A DNA stretch of 64,000 nt from positions 142,042,001 to 142,106,000 of the forward strand of contig OZ024742.1 of NCBI GenBank assembly GCA_964016885.1, given 5' to 3'. Origin of the DNA: Eledone cirrhosa (lineage: Eukaryota). Shown here piece by piece: positions 54,027-64,000 of this stretch. Under the pieces are notes generated by a model. The model ran no database searches. It saw only the letters and a program-made list of their open reading frames with translations, and was not told where the DNA came from. Made by a program: the position numbers and the translations under genes. The first letter of the stretch is position 1; each line of letters opens with the position of its first letter.

Positions 54027-57000
54027 AAATGGCGACCGTTGTGGTCAGTGTCCGATAATCGGACGTGTGTAATTACGGCTTACATGAAGGCAACATAACC
54101 ATATATTGGAAAAAGTTGAGCTACATTACGCGGTAAGATTACATACAATAATTCTACATAAGTGTTTGAACTGTAAGTGTGTTGTAAAACACCTATTTAT
54201 ATGAACGATACATACACTTATGATATATGAACGATACATACACTTTAACATATAAATGCAACGTTGTTATATTACATTTATAAAGAAATATACAAATAAC
54301 GTTTTCGATTCAGAAACAAAAATATAAGTGTTTGAACTGTGAATATGTTGTGAATAGGTTGTAGAACACCTATTTATATGAATGATACATAAACTTTAAC
54401 ATATAAATACAACGTTGTTATATTATATTACATTCATAAAGGAATATACTAAGTAACGGTTCTTTTTGTTCTCGATTCAAACGATTCAAGTACAACGTTT
54501 AAAACACAGTTGTAGAATTAAAAACTAACTGAAAAGAAATATTACCCAAGCTGTGAATAACTTTAAATTTGATTCTGACAGAACTTTGTCGTAACTTTTA
54601 AAGAAGATCATCGACTATTTTTAAAAATAAATACGAAATATTAGTGAATAGACGAACTCATCATGGCAAAAAGTACAAGTCTCCTTCGACCAAATCGCAA
54701 CTACAACCGTTCTACACAGTGGAGCTACGAGCTTAACAAAGTATTATATGAAGCATACAAACAATCTGAACCCCAAAAGTTCGGTTTTATGCAAAGGCTA
54801 AAAACTTTATGGAACTCCAAACACCCAGAATCAGACTTTTCTCCAAAGCATCTAAATGAACAGGCAAAACGTATCATTAGATGTAAATTGATACATCTAA
54901 CGGAATTGAGTGATACTACAAATACAGCCCTTGTAAACAACCACCCCACCTCCACTGACAGACAAAGAAAATGGTCAGCTAAATCTAACAGTGAACAGCT
55001 CACCAACAATTTTGCTGAAATCCATCCCACTTCCACTGAAGAACAGCGAGAAAGGTCAGCTGACTCTAGTAGTAATTGTCACCACATCAACAACGAGGCT
55101 GAAATTCATGACTCTACTGAACAAACAGAGCACCAAAAACTTGTGGGCACCCTACAAGTGATATGGAACGATATGTTTCAAGAGATACACAGCCTTAATG
55201 TGAGTGACAGACCATACAACACTCGAGTCAGTAAAGAACCCACTAAATTGGAATTGGAAGCGGTGAACGAAATAGCTGGCAATTATCTGAAGGCTATACG
55301 ATCTAAAGGTGTAGAAACGACATTTGAAACGCTTAATGTTTTGTTATATGTTTCAGCTGTCACATTGCTATCATATAACACACATCTAAAACCACGCAAT
55401 CACGATACAAACAGAAAGCCTGAACCAGCGTGGATGCGAAATTTAAAAACCAAAATTTTGTCCCTGAGACGAAGTATCTCACACATCGCAGTCGTTATGA
55501 AATGCAACATAGAGAGCAACTTCGCACGACACCAGGAAGACCTAAATAAAAAGTTAGAGAGACGATTTGGAGATACAAAATTTAAAACTTTGAACTCCAA
55601 ATTACACCAGTTGAAACAACAACTCACAGCTACAACAGAAAGACTAAAATATAAGTCAACAGCACATAAACGACAAGTGCTAAATAGATTGTTTGCCAGA
55701 GATCCTAAATCAGTTTATCGCAGCTTAGGTGGCAAAAGCTCAATCCCTGTAAACGACACCCCTTCAAAAGAACAGGTTGAGAGCTACTGGAGATCTGTAT
55801 GGGAAACGGATGACGGATTCAACAGACAAGCTAATTGGCTAAAAGAACTGGAACAGGACTACTGCCAACATGTCCAGACAAAACAATATGACATAGATGG
55901 GTCAATACTGGAAACAGCTCTACAGAAAATGTCGAATAGGAAATCGCCAGGCCCAGACCTCATTACAGGATACTGGTTGAAGAATTTCACTTTCTATCGG
56001 CAAGATCTCATACGGCTGTTTACAGAAACCATTAAGGGCACACAAGAACTGCCCAGATGGTTATCAACTGCCACTACTCTCCTCATTCCCAAAAATAGCC
56101 AAACCACCCTTGCTAAAACTTACCGCCCAATTGCCTGCCAAAACATCATGTATAAATTATATACTGGGTGCCTTAACCTGTTCTTACAGGATCACTGTGC
56201 TACCAACAACATCATAATACCTGAGCAAGCTGGTGGAAAGAGGGAGGTGTGGGGTTGCATAGATCACCTACTAACTAACAAAATGATTCAGGAAAAAACA
56301 ACAAAGAATCGCAGAAACATGACTGTCGTGTGGCTGGACTATCAAAAAGCATTTGATAGTGTACCTCATGGGTGGATTATTAAGGCTTTACAGTTAGCTA
56401 AAGTCCCACAACCATTGGTAGCTGCTGTTGAACGCCTGACCAAGAACTGGTACACCAATTTGATCCTTAGAGGTGAGAGGGAGCAGGTTAAGACTGATAA
56501 GATACATTACCAGAAGGGCATCTTTCAGGGTGATAGCTTGTCGGTACTACTCTTCGTTCTCTCACTGAATCCACTATCTTACCTACTCAGGAAACAAGGT
56601 GGACAAAGAAGTGGGCCCAGAAGTATCTCCCATCTTTTCTTTGTTGATGACCTGAAGTTGTATGGGCCAAATATCAATGACATCAAGAAACAATTGGACC
56701 TCATTACACAATTTTCAACCGACATCAGAATGAAATTTGGTGAGTCCAAGTGTGCATATTTGGCAGTAAAACGTGGAAGAGCTGTCCCCTCCTCTAGAAA
56801 TCTAGAGATGAACGGCCTGACAATACAACCTCTGCAGTCAGGTGACAACTACAGATATCTTGGACAGGATGAGAATGTCAGATATGATGGACCCATAAAT
56901 AAGGAGAGAACCCGAACTGAATACCTCAGAAGAGTAAAGAAAATATGGTCATCAGAACTGTCAGCATACAACAAATACATTGCCCACAATACTTATGCTG

Positions 57001-58270
57001 TGCCAATTCTAACGCCAACATTTGGCCTACTGAACTGGTCATTGCAAGAACTAAGTGAGATGGATGTTAGAACTCGAAAACTTCTCAGTGTTACTGGGAA
57101 CTTTAACATCAATGGTGATGTGGATAGGCTATACTTCTCACGCAAGGAAGGTGGCCGGGGTCTAAAATCAATATTAACAACATATGAGACCCGGATAGTA
57201 ACACTGAAGCAACACCTTCAACAGAGGAAAAAGGTTGGCAACCATCTTGCTCAGGTTTATGAGCATGAAAAAAGAAATATCATTAGAATAGCGACTTATC
57301 TGGAGGAGAGATATGGAATAAAGCCTGATATAAATCTCTCACCCAGAGTATTCGGAAGATCCTATTCAATGTTCAAACAAGATAAAAGAATTGACCAATT
57401 TACAGAAAAAGTTGTGCATGGATACTTGAGGCGTAAAACACAGACCATAGAGGGGATAAACCACTCAAAAAGCCTGGCATGGAGTTACGACAAGTTTATG
57501 ACATCACACCTTGAGGGATATCTCTATGCAATACAGGAACAAGAACTCCCTACCAAATATCTGCTGCACAAAAGAGGAGGGCCAGCAGCTGACAATAAAT
57601 GTAGGCTATGTAAAACAAAGATCGAGGATGTAAGCCACATTGTTGCCAGCTGCGAAAGAATGTCATCTCGCTACTACCTCCCCATGAGACACGATGGGAT
57701 AGCTAGAACCATCTGGAACGCACTTCGGAAAACAAAGTTAACAACAAACGAGGAAGAATATATTGAGACAGATGGCACTAAGGAATACTGGTGGAACCTG
57801 AAAATAAAAACTGCCACCAAATTAAAGCACAACCGGCCTGATATTGTAGTTTGGGACCACACATTGAAAACGTGTTCTGTTGTGGAGATCAGCTGCCCAC
57901 TTGATGTAAACGTTGTCAGAAAAATACAGGAGAAGGAGGACATCTACGGACCATTGATGAGGAGTTTACAAATCCAGTATCCAAGATACACCTTTAGCTT
58001 CATACCCATCATTATTGGTGCTACGGGTTATATACCAACCCGCTTGGACCAAAGTATGACTGAACTTGGATTTGCGGACAAAAAGTGCAGCTCTCCTAAT
58101 TCATAGTCTACAAATGGCTGCGATAGCTGGCACCTTCAAAATTTGCAAAACATTCTTGCGATTCAAGGGATGACAATTTCTTTTCTTTTACAACCTTGCC
58201 ACCAGGAAGGTGGCCGGTCAAAAAAATATACTCGAAATTAAGAGAAAGAGATAATATACACATATAAAGA
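54027..58270 (+). mobile_element. Near full-length R4/Dong-like site-specific non-LTR retrotransposon
   Basis: Begins directly after a (CATA)n run; ~630-bp 5' UTR with a ~165-bp direct repeat (54160-54440); single ORF; short structured 3' UTR followed by catacatac. Confidence 0.85.
54663..58106 (+). CDS. Reverse transcriptase with CCHC zinc knuckle and restriction-like endonuclease (1147 aa; C-terminus frameshifted, likely original stop at 58173)
   Basis: KSPGPD, YRPIAC, WLDYQKAFDSVPH, GIFQGDSLS, FFVDDLKLY, YRYLG, GGRGL, CRLC..HIVASC, RHD, NRPDIVVWD..VVEISCP..K..Y. Confidence 0.93.
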   Translation: MAKSTSLLRPNRNYNRSTQWSYELNKVLYEAYKQSEPQKFGFMQRLKTLWNSKHPESDFSPKHLNEQAKRIIRCKLIHLTELSDTTNTALVNNHPTSTDRQRKWSAKSNSEQLTNNFAEIHPTSTEEQRERSADSSSNCHHINNEAEIHDSTEQTEHQKLVGTLQVIWNDMFQEIHSLNVSDRPYNTRVSKEPTKLELEAVNEIAGNYLKAIRSKGVETTFETLNVLLYVSAVTLLSYNTHLKPRNHDTNRKPEPAWMRNLKTKILSLRRSISHIAVVMKCNIESNFARHQEDLNKKLERRFGDTKFKTLNSKLHQLKQQLTATTERLKYKSTAHKRQVLNRLFARDPKSVYRSLGGKSSIPVNDTPSKEQVESYWRSVWETDDGFNRQANWLKELEQDYCQHVQTKQYDIDGSILETALQKMSNRKSPGPDLITGYWLKNFTFYRQDLIRLFTETIKGTQELPRWLSTATTLLIPKNSQTTLAKTYRPIACQNIMYKLYTGCLNLFLQDHCATNNIIIPEQAGGKREVWGCIDHLLTNKMIQEKTTKNRRNMTVVWLDYQKAFDSVPHGWIIKALQLAKVPQPLVAAVERLTKNWYTNLILRGEREQVKTDKIHYQKGIFQGDSLSVLLFVLSLNPLSYLLRKQGGQRSGPRSISHLFFVDDLKLYGPNINDIKKQLDLITQFSTDIRMKFGESKCAYLAVKRGRAVPSSRNLEMNGLTIQPLQSGDNYRYLGQDENVRYDGPINKERTRTEYLRRVKKIWSSELSAYNKYIAHNTYAVPILTPTFGLLNWSLQELSEMDVRTRKLLSVTGNFNINGDVDRLYFSRKEGGRGLKSILTTYETRIVTLKQHLQQRKKVGNHLAQVYEHEKRNIIRIATYLEERYGIKPDINLSPRVFGRSYSMFKQDKRIDQFTEKVVHGYLRRKTQTIEGINHSKSLAWSYDKFMTSHLEGYLYAIQEQELPTKYLLHKRGGPAADNKCRLCKTKIEDVSHIVASCERMSSRYYLPMRHDGIARTIWNALRKTKLTTNEEEYIETDGTKEYWWNLKIKTATKLKHNRPDIVVWDHTLKTCSVVEISCPLDVNVVRKIQEKEDIYGPLMRSLQIQYPRYTFSFIPIIIGATGYIPTRLDQSMTELGFADKKCSSPNS

Positions 58271-58278
58271 CATACATA

Positions 58279-58325
58279 CAGGGTATCTCATGCGTATCCC
58301 GAAATAGTAACTTTGAGACACCCTA
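58279..58325. mobile_element. Tiny Tc1/mariner-like MITE remnant
   Basis: TA|cagggtatctca ... tgagacacccta|TA. Confidence 0.5.
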
Positions 58326-58409
<84 letters not shown>

Positions 58410-58487
58410 TATGTATACGTACATACATATATGTATACAGACGTACAGTAGTATGTATATACATACATACATACATACATACATACA

Positions 58488-58523
<36 letters not shown>

Positions 58524-58612
58524 TTTGTTATAATGCTCGGTTTGTTTGTAAACAAGCAGCCCGAATTATTAGCTGTACCATCGTTGCCATTTTGTTCAGC
58601 ACCGACAAAGGA

Positions 58613-58655
58613 ACGATGAACTAGTTTCTAGCTTATTAGCTGTCATCAGCACCGT
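58613..58655 (-). ncRNA. Minimal type I hammerhead (family of 27966-28008)
   Basis: Minus strand: acggtg-CTGATGA-c-agct[aata]agct-a-GAAA-ctag-TT-catcgt. Confidence 0.8.
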
Positions 58656-58830
58656 ATACCTTCCTGTCAGTCAATTGAACGTTTGAAAGTATATACTTTC
58701 CTTATGCATATTAACGGCTGAGCAGCCTAATTTGCATATCGAGTGAGTACATACATATAATAAATGTATACGTACATAAAGTATGTATACGTACATACAT
58801 ATAATAAATGTTCGGTAAACCCATACGTAC

Positions 58831-58919
<89 letters not shown>

Positions 58920-58920
<1 letters not shown>

Positions 58921-60528
58921 TTATTAAAATAACAGATTAAAGTTTAAGCAAAAAATCGCTGCTTTCACCCTTAACGGGATCTTCTGAAACTAACAAAGTC
59001 AATCTGTAAACGCAGAAGTGGATATTTCAAAAAACGTTGCAACCGGAGGAAGACAGGAAGACGATACTTTGGTTCGTGGAAACGTTCGCTGGCAAAGAAC
59101 GGGAAAAAACGAATATATATACGTCATAATAGGAGCGGTGAAAAACAATTACGCGCAAAGACAGAACCACGTTTATGGTATAAAAGAGGTCGTAGACTAA
59201 TGTTCTCTTAGGTGGTTCATAGAGACGTTCTCTGGCAATGAACGAAAAAAACGAAGATAATACGTCATATGTGGAGCGTGGAGAACAATAGCACGCAAAG
59301 ACAAAACCACATAAATGGAATAGCAGAAGTCGTAGACTAAAATTCTAACTAGGAGACCGAATGAATCTCCGCTACAGAGTTAGGAACAAAGTAAATAAAT
59401 ACAATACAGAAGTAATAGAAATAAATAAATACATACACGCAAACAAATGCGTACATACACAAGCATACGCAAAACACTTACCATAGGTATACAAAGCCAC
59501 GCACATATAAATATGTGTGTGTGTGTATGCGTGTATACAAATAAATAAATAATTATATAAACGTATATAAATAAATAAATACGTATATAACAAGCGCACA
59601 CACATACCTACATGTAATTACACGAGTGTTCGGAGACGTAAGTCAACCAAACATGAAGTACACATATACGCGCACCCTACATACGTACGAACCTGCATAC
59701 TCACACAGACGCAAAACTCCCGTATACACATAGCCAAACCATATGTACCAGAATATATAAAAATATACGCCATAACAATCAAATATACGTACGAGAAGGT
59801 ATACGTACCTTCACAAAACATACGGGTAGTATATACTTACCTATGCGAATAAGTAATGGTATAAACAAAACATATACTTAGCTCCCACATCAAGACGTAA
59901 AATATCCACGTATAGATCGTACTATCCGTTAGGGTATAACGTGGGGCTGTAATACAGGAAAGTTTTGTGCAATTTATGTTTACAAGCCGAAATTGCCTCA
60001 GATTTTTTGTTTAAGATGTGGTCTGTGGCGTAGAGTATTTCCAGGGCCTCAGCGGCGCAGAGGTCACATGGTCTTTTATTTCCGTTATACGATCTAGCCC
60101 TAGCTAGGATCTCCCAGTGTAACTTATATTGGGTGTGGTTGTCTTTTAGACTCCAGATATAAGCTGAAAGTGACGTCATATTCCTTCTTAGAGGGTAACG
60201 AAAGGAATGGGTATGCATGTAAAGACGCTGCTTGAATCTATTGGCGGTTAACCCTATGTAGGCCCTAGGGGACGTGGGTGTTACAACCTTACATTTGTAG
60301 ACAATGTTACTAGAGAGGCATTTCCCGGATAGGGGGCAATCAACCCGATTCCTACAATTACAGTTAGTACAAACTACAGGGTTGCACGTGTTCCTACGGC
60401 TAGGTAGTTTAGCTAAATTTGAAGCTGTGATGTTATGTGCAAGGTTAGGAGTCGTAGAGTAAGAAATTTTAATAGTATTTCTATTAAAAATGTTACTATA
60501 TTTATGTGTAGGCGGAAAATGCTTCGTA

Positions 60529-60530
<2 letters not shown>
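58920..60530 (-). mobile_element. Penelope-like 3' fragment with open GIY-YIG frame
   Basis: ORF part 59922-60530: KHFPPTHKYSNIFNRNTIKISYST..CNCRNRVDCPLSGKCL..VYKCKV..AYIGLTANRFKQR..CDLCAAE..LNKKSE; ~140-bp direct repeat in the UTR (59080-59340). Confidence 0.9.
58941..58991 (-). ncRNA. Hammerhead with U4A change at the 3' end of the 58920-60530 PLE
   Basis: Minus strand: agttt-CAGAAGA-tccc[gttaa]gggt-GAAA-gca[loop]tgc-TT-aaact; partial copies at ~20991-21025, 33464-33520 and 43965-44050. Confidence 0.7.
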
Positions 60531-60611
<81 letters not shown>

Positions 60612-61868
60612 CATACTACTGTACGTCTGTATACATATATGTATGTACATTTACATACTTATATTTAAGTATCAGCCGTACTAAGAGTGAGAAATGAAAT
60701 TTCATTTTTTCCATATATATATATATATTTATATGCGGTGGATTGGCAATATCCGTAGAGTGTCGGACGCCATGCTTTGCCGCACAGTTACGTCCCTTTA
60801 CGGTCTGAATTCAAATCCCGCCGTGGTTAACTTTGCCTTTCATCCTTACGGGGCCGACAAAATAAAATACCAGTAATACACTGGGATAATTGCTGGCCTT
60901 GTGCCAGAAGTAGAAACAATTATTTAGAAAAAGTAAGAGAAACAGAAACATAAGGTCAATTCTCGTTATTCGGCCCACTCACTTATTCCTCCCTCTCTCT
61001 CCCACTCACTTATTCTCTCTCTCCCACTCACTTATTCTCTCTCTTCCACTCACTTATTCTCTATCTCCCTTACCATCTATCTCCTTTCTCCCCTTCTGTC
61101 TCTGTTCTCTTAACACTTCCCTCTCCTCCTCTCACTTCCGTTTTTATTCGTCTCTCCCTCTTTGCGCCTGATTTCGCTATGATCAGACGTTTACTTTTCG
61201 CTCATCCCTCGTGCAGTTAATACGGATTCAGGACTTATGTACGGGCTCTTTTTTAACTTCTCCCTCTCTCCCACTGGTTAATGCAACTTACATATACTAA
61301 TGTCTCGTGTTTCCCCCTCTCTATCGGTATGTTTTTCTTCTGCTTATTTTCTTTTTCTGTCGTTCTCTTTGCTATCGTCTCAGTTTTTTTTTTTTTGTTT
61401 TGTTTTTTGTTTTTTTGTTTTGTCTTGTTTTCTTCCCTGATAACTATTCCTCTTAGTTATCAATGCACTGTGTTGCGATGTACAGTCTTTACTGCGTCGA
61501 AACATCAACGACACACAGCAGAGAATTGGATTCGGAATCTTGAGGTTGTGAGTTCGATTCCTGGACCGAGCGATGCGTTATCTCCTTGAGCAAGACACTT
61601 TATTTCACGTTGTTCCTTCTACCTAGAGTTGCGACCGATAGATAGTATTAGCAATTAGAAAGACCAATGGAAACATTGTTTCCTCGGTCCGATTTGACGA
61701 AAGTCGATCGACTGTCGATATGTATGTAATACTTTTTTTACTTTTTTTGTCTATCTTGTTTATACTCACAGAATTAGAGTTTTTCTCATTAAATTTTAAT
61801 ATATTACTTCTCTGTGAGATTTCTTTCATTGAGATGTTTAAGTATTAGAGACTAATTAACCTTTAATT

Positions 61869-61911
<43 letters not shown>

Positions 61912-63460
61912 CGGGCTTCTACACAGTTTCCGTCTACAAACTCACAAGGCATTGGTCAATCCAAGGTTATAGTAGAAGTCGCTTGCCCCAAAGTATCAAA
62001 CGGTATGAAGAAACACAAAACATTGTAGTTGAAAATGTTTAACCACACTTCTATAACCTCGCTAATTACATAATGTGTCTATTGTTGTTGTTGTTTAGCC
62101 CCAAATCAATCCTGATCACGCAGATCTATGATCAAACGCATTCCAACCATATTTATACCGTCATTTGTAAATCTAGTTGGAAACCTAAAATAGTTGGAAT
62201 AAATACTGCAATGCATTCTATCGACACTCTGAGTCTTCCACTCCCCTTATGCATCATATTATATCATATATATAAGTGCGAGTATTCAAATATTCTAGTT
62301 TGTCAACGAAATAGGGAAGGAGTACTCAATATATGTACAGTGGTCGATTAGCAGAATTGGTAGAGGGTTGGACATGCTTTCCAGCATAGTTACGTCCCTT
62401 TACAATCTGAGTTCAAATTCCGCCAAGGTTAACTTTGCCTTTCATCCTTACGAGGTCGATAAAATAAAGTACCAGTAATGTAGTGAGTAATTGCTGGCCT
62501 TGTGCCGAAAGTAGAAACAATCAATTATATTATTTATTTGAATTGAATTTCTGAGAAAGACTTTATATTTTCTCAAGTTATATTTTTTTCTTTGATTTTC
62601 AAAATAATGTCCTGCTCAATTTTCCACATTACCATATCTCTAGAGATATAAAGAGCGAGGTCGTAGCATTGGTTGATTGAATTTATAGCTAAATACAATG
62701 AATATATTACTGGTACTAAATATATCGACTCACAGAGATCAAAGTAACTGAACTATATATATTAAGCACTTAAACCAGTTCTCTAACGTCTAAACGTAAA
62801 ATACGTCTTGGCTCTAAACTAAATAATGATAAATAAATAAATATGTCTTGAGATTTTATACGACAGTTTTCTTCACCGGGACAGCAGTATTACATAAATG
62901 TCTCATCCAAAAGAAGCCTTCCCTCTGTCCCTCCTCCCGGCTAACATTGCTAACAGTGTGATAATTGAAGTATGAAAATGGTAGCTGCATTTTGGAAGAT
63001 TTAACTTCCAGGCTAAAGGCAAAAATAAACATAACTCACAGAAAGAAGATAGAGCAGGAAATATCTATTTTAGATATGAATAAAACATGAGCAATGGCCT
63101 TATATAATCCCCCGAGAACTGCATTTGTTATTCTTCGAAGAAGAAATTGAGAGGTAGAGAGAGCGAGAGAGAGGGGAGGGGGAGGAGAATATCTTGACTA
63201 GTATGTGTATCTATCTCCCTTCTGGTTTATATTTTAGAATAATAATTGTTTTATTATCACAATTCGTTAATTTAGTATTCAAAATAAATATATAATAGAA
63301 CTAGAAGCATTTTGCATTGGCGACACAATAACTTAGACTTAATTTAGGTATCAAGTCTCGTTTAAATCAGATATTGTACGAGATGGGGTTTGTGTATACC
63401 AACCAATCAACACTGTATAAAGAACACACTCATATACACACATTTATATGAACACACAAA

Positions 63461-63529
<69 letters not shown>

Positions 63530-64000
63530 ACACACACACCCACACATATATATATATATGTGCGTGTGTGTGTGAGTGTGTGTCTTCAAGAAACCACTGG
63601 TAAAAGAATTAATTATCTTATGTTGTTTATTAGATATATATATATAAATTTAAATGTATGTCCCAACGCCAATGATTAAAATAATAATCAATTACTATAA
63701 ATAAGAGGTGAATCATATCGGGCAAAGTACCCCTGAAGACAGAAATAAGTGGACAGTGTAGCAGATACTAATCGTTTGAGGCAGTCACAAAGCACACGAT
63801 GGTGTGAAAAGTTAATACATTTTCATCCAGAATAAACACAAAAAGTTAAGAAAGTGTGACAACTAGAATAAAGCGACCAAATGTCTGTGGCCATAATTAA
63901 TACCACAAAATCGATAAATACAAAACAGGTCGAATATTAACCTGGACCATCTTGAATAGTCAAAAATCGATAAATATCTTCGATAGGTTTTGGGGATTCC

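Overview
AT-rich, microsatellite-laden eukaryotic intergenic or intronic DNA. The SINE families resemble those of octopus/coleoid cephalopods (inference). No host gene can be supported with confidence, and most listed ORFs are translations of (TA)n/(TG)n/(CATA)n repeats. The window is a pile-up of transposons: a decayed Chapaev3-type DNA transposon, a non-autonomous Helitron plus a Helitron Rep relic, one almost intact R4/Dong-like RLE LINE (1147-aa ORF) plus a decayed relative, at least six Penelope-like element (PLE) fragments, RTE fragments, two Tc1/mariner-type MITEs and many tRNA-derived SINEs. The main result of reading the non-coding DNA is a dense, diverse set of type I hammerhead ribozyme motifs: about 16 folded by eye, plus partial ones, between 21.5 and 59 kb. 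Several carry a compensated U3-A8 core, palindromic stem III or long stem II. They sit at PLE 3' ends or in short non-coding units embedded in (TA)n, two of them as fold-back cassettes whose inverted arm starts at or near the predicted cleavage site. Several other retroelement ends appear tied to specific microsatellites ((CATA)n, (TATC)n). All folds and homologies were done by eye and need computational confirmation.
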